A DNA stretch of 64,000 bases from an uncultured delta proteobacterium (GTDB taxonomy: Bacteria > Myxococcota_A > Polyangia > Polyangiales > Houyiibacteriaceae): contig CAVPIE010000002.1 of NCBI GenBank assembly GCA_963704865.1, positions 654,989 through 718,988 on the forward strand, read 5' to 3'. A program made the translations under genes and the position numbers. Below, piece by piece: positions 62,201 to 64,000 of this stretch. The notes under the pieces were generated by a model, which ran no database searches, was not told the DNA's origin, and was given only the letters and a program-made list of their open reading frames with translations. The stretch's first letter is position 1. Every line of letters starts with the position of its first letter.

Positions 62201-62730
62201 GCTTCGCTCAGCGCCTGCAGCAGCCATTCGCCTCGGTCATAGAGCTCGCTCGCCCAAAAATCGACGGCGAGCTCGGAGTGCAGGCTGCCGGCGTCCTCGG
62301 AGACTTCGAGGTCGAAATCGACTCCGAACTCCAATGGATACTCCTGGAGCAGTCGCTGGCAGAAACCGTGGATTGTCAGGATGGCGGCCTGGTCCATTTT
62401 TCCGATGGCGTTTCGAAGGCGACGCTCGACCTCGCTTCGGCCCAGGCGTTCGACGGCGGCGCCGACGACGTCGCTGAGCGCATCGCCTTGCTCGTCCGAC
62501 GGATCCAACAGCGCAAGCGCCTCCGCGATTCGTTTGCGCACGCGGACCCGGAGCTCGGCCGTCGCTGCCTTCGTATAGGTGACGACCAAGATCTGGTCGG
62601 GCTCGAGCCCGAGCTCGAGGATGGCGCGAACGAAGTACGTCGTGATCGCATAGGTCTTGCCCGTGCCGGCACTCGCTTCGACGAGCGTCGGTGCGTCGAG
62701 CGGTACGAGCTCGGGACGGAGCGCGCTCAT
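59200..62730 (-). CDS. recB: exodeoxyribonuclease V beta subunit
   Basis: Start taken at MSALRPELVPLDAPTLVEASAGTGKTY (Walker A). UvrD-like helicase motifs. C-terminal nuclease GYIDLLFQWEGCWYVADYKSN. Overlaps recC by 4 nt and recD by 11 nt. Confidence 0.9.
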   Translation of the reverse strand: MSALRPELVPLDAPTLVEASAGTGKTYAITTYFVRAILELGLEPDQILVVTYTKAATAELRVRVRKRIAEALALLDPSDEQGDALSDVVGAAVERLGRSEVERRLRNAIGKMDQAAILTIHGFCQRLLQEYPLEFGVDFDLEVSEDAGSLHSELAVDFWASELYDRGEWLLQALSEAKVGPDHLARLATVALMPGTEILGPERQEPSEEIIADWLELRGRAGRLWTEERAQIRDILLHNEDFNRNRYNLRSISKTWIPELDNFFSEARFAYPPACVALLAQGNMTMKKGREEPKHEFFEACRRLRDAHEALVPMLDYAVFEVQLRFIEHAQKASRKRRHETAVFTFDDLLTAVYAPLNPSLTGSAASNRDEVIATISNAYPLALVDEFQDTDSVQYGIFRAIYGEGVAVYVGDPKQAIYSFRGADVFSYIGASADVGERKHTLKTNWRSDPAVVEGVNALFSLRKPAFALADIDFEGAVARAAKNRSSLETGLEVVFVREDQLKGSLAEAVAPIVANEIALLLHSDARIDGRPIVADDVAVLCRSNTQANQVTAALRTLQIPTSLDGGSSVLGTEIASELRAVLEAALMPGDSGAVRRALLTRLLGVSPYELSSMTDETWTGWVTRFREWNEAWHSYGVLHFLEAMLRGSGAESQIARQPAARRELTDLSHLEELLLRGERERGRSPVALMQWLRRSSDGSASGGMAREELQQRADADSGAVRVATIHKSKGLEYGIVYCPFTWNDAGLRDFAAKALKFHDAQGNIKLDLRFTLRNAQKRFANQPELDEHRRLAELEAQSDALRLLYVAVTRAKYRCTLFWGRGSGWKKSALRYLLHGDDGFDKLDETELREAVEALVAESSGSIECRSPHEEVAAPLQLEVLEDRLSARAPGRTFVQAPRMASFTSLTGHDEKAPVVRSDAASTDPGSSLFSNLAAGAQTGLLLHSILEHADFAELGGEPAAAAIERELEAWGFDSALAEGVQRDLVTVCGTPLTAEPGAPRLSALEPKLLLRELEFTLRVDQPNLEGLAKLFEKHGAPQAAPGYHARLAELSSQTLHRYLRGYIDLLFQWEGCWYVADYKSNSLPAYDAATIAEAVQREHYLLQAQLYTAAAHRYLKQRVRDYDPMTQWGGALFVFLRGMGGPERAGSSVFFDRASPELLNAVDRWLGGGADAR

Positions 62731-64000
62731 TGCTCGCTCCGATGCTTGAAGAGCGGCCCGTAGACCCCGAGCGCGGCAAGCTCGAAGGCTTCCGCCCAGC
62801 GCTCGTCGGCGAACGGGTCGAACGAGCCAAAGGCATACCCGAGGCGTGCGTCCCTGTCGCAGAGCTTCTGCAACTCGTCCTTCGTCGGTTTCAACGCTTT
62901 GACTGGGTCCGCTGGGTCGAACTTTTCGGCGAAGATCCGCGACGCGGTTTCGAGCAAGGGAACCGGGGCTTCGAGGCACTCGCGATAGATCGTGAGCAGC
63001 GTATCGAGCAGATGCCGAGGGTCTTCGAGCGGCGCGAAAGAGACGAGGCTCGCTCGCTGGTTTTCGCCTCGAAGCACGAGATTCGTCGGGCGCGCCGCTC
63101 CGGTGGCTGCCTGCAAAAGCAGGTGTTCGATCCAAGCCCCGAGCTCGGCTTTGCGCCCAGCCTTCGTGAAGCGCTTCACGAGGCGCTGCTCGGGAAATAG
63201 GCCGTCGACGCGACCCTCCAAGACGAGGCCACCGAGCTCGATCGAGAGAAGCTCCGACCGGGTGACCGAATCGTCCTGCAGCCGATCCGCCCGTGCGTTC
63301 AGGGCGGCGATCTCCTGTGCGAGGGCTCGCCGCTGAAGCGCGCCCCAGGTTCCATCCGGGAACTCGGGCGCCGCCCCGAGGTACTCGTGAAGGGCATCGT
63401 CGCGAAGGCCAGCGCGAAGGGCTGTATTTCCAACGACCGACGCGTCGAGCGCGCCGATCTGCGTGACTGCGCTGCTCGGCTCGTACAGCTCCCAGTCGCC
63501 GAAGCGCGCCAGCAAGACCGTGTCGATGAACGAAGCAATCGGGTTCCAAAGCCAGGCTGCAAGCTCGCCTGTCGATACCACGGGGTCCCGTTCGCGCAGC
63601 TCGGCTCGAAGCTCCACCCTTGCACGCTCGCTGGGCGGCTCGCCCAGCGCTTCGGCGATTTGCAGATATCGCCGCGAGCTGCTCTGAAACGGCGCGCTGC
63701 CGTCGAAGTACGAAGCGTCGAACGCGTGTCGAGGATGCGCGCTCGGTTCGAGCAGCGGCGCCCCATCCGGACCCTGGTAGTAGCGGTTGACCGTCTCGCG
63801 AAGCTCCCAGAGCAGCGGCGACGGGCCCGCGGCGTCTCGTGAACCCGCCGAATCGGCCCCAAAGGTAATGATGAGGCGGTCACGGGCGCAAAGGATCGCC
63901 TGCAGGAATGCATGACGATCGTCGTGGCGTTTGTTCCGGTCGCCTGGGCGCGGCGATTCCCGCGTCGTATCGAAGCTCAGGCGCTTGTCCGCGCGGGGAA
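62727..64000 (-). CDS. recC: exodeoxyribonuclease V gamma subunit, partial (5' end beyond the window)
   Basis: I translated the frame by hand and it stays open from 63617 up to position 63998 (...DRLIITFGADSAGSRDAAGPSPLLWELRETV...RRYLQIAEALGEPP...). It sits directly upstream of recB. The ORF-track start at 63617 is only the first in-window GTG. Confidence 0.85.
   Translation of the reverse strand, partial: PRADKRLSFDTTRESPRPGDRNKRHDDRHAFLQAILCARDRLIITFGADSAGSRDAAGPSPLLWELRETVNRYYQGPDGAPLLEPSAHPRHAFDASYFDGSAPFQSSSRRYLQIAEALGEPPSERARVELRAELRERDPVVSTGELAAWLWNPIASFIDTVLLARFGDWELYEPSSAVTQIGALDASVVGNTALRAGLRDDALHEYLGAAPEFPDGTWGALQRRALAQEIAALNARADRLQDDSVTRSELLSIELGGLVLEGRVDGLFPEQRLVKRFTKAGRKAELGAWIEHLLLQAATGAARPTNLVLRGENQRASLVSFAPLEDPRHLLDTLLTIYRECLEAPVPLLETASRIFAEKFDPADPVKALKPTKDELQKLCDRDARLGYAFGSFDPFADERWAEAFELAALGVYGPLFKHRSEQ

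Noticed and set aside
62731-63549. 273-codon N-terminal extension of the recB ORF (ORF track 59200-63549).
   Set aside because: The extension is an out-of-frame read through the 3' part of recC. Its sequence is Arg/Ala-rich nonsense. The recB Walker A N-terminus starts at the Met at 62730, which overlaps the recC stop.
1-64000. Looked for rRNA or tRNA genes, CRISPR arrays, transposases, integrases, and direct repeats bounding the tad block as an island.
   Set aside because: The intergenic spaces are all short (mostly under 220 nt) and none folds into an obvious tRNA by eye. No recombinase-like ORF or flanking repeat was seen. This cannot be excluded without tRNAscan or Infernal-type searches.

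Overview
Visibly G+C-rich bacterial chromosomal segment with strong G/C bias at third codon positions (judged by eye, not computed). The gene content includes Hanks-type Ser/Thr kinases, FHA and sigma-54 activators, PEGA and TIGR02266-type PilZ domains, a patatin and an ERG4/ERG24 sterol reductase. This suggests a myxobacterium, but that is inference only. I support about 60 protein genes. I saw no rRNA, tRNA, CRISPR array, transposase or integrase. Housekeeping genes: lgt, aroE, xseA, folK, rpe, a DinG-like helicase, an aldehyde dehydrogenase, a YdeP/FdhF-like oxidoreductase with fdhD, and recC-recB-recD (recC runs off the right edge). Most notable modules: (1) a 13-kb block of 17 tightly packed co-directional genes (33016-46039) encoding a Tad/Flp-type, possibly Kil-like, machine. 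It has two CpaF-type ATPases (one fused to an FHA domain), two Flp-like genes and several unrecognisable accessory proteins, and I found no CpaE/TadZ. An FHA-domain sigma-54 activator and a Ser/Thr kinase lie just upstream. (2) A sigma-54-driven PspA/IM30 module with a divergent PspF-like activator and unusual membrane partners. (3) A eukaryote-like patch: sterol reductase, Ras-like small GTPase and two SDRs, one of them frameshifted. (4) A MoxR-DUF58-transglutaminase triad. (5) A LemA-M48 peptidase-DUF2007 operon with an 11-C tract and a TTA-rich tail, followed by a 59-codon HTH-like ORF absent from the ORF track. (6) An identical 21-bp palindrome at two intergenic sites. Many long antisense ORFs are GC-driven shadow frames. 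All family calls come from motif recognition by eye; no searches were run.
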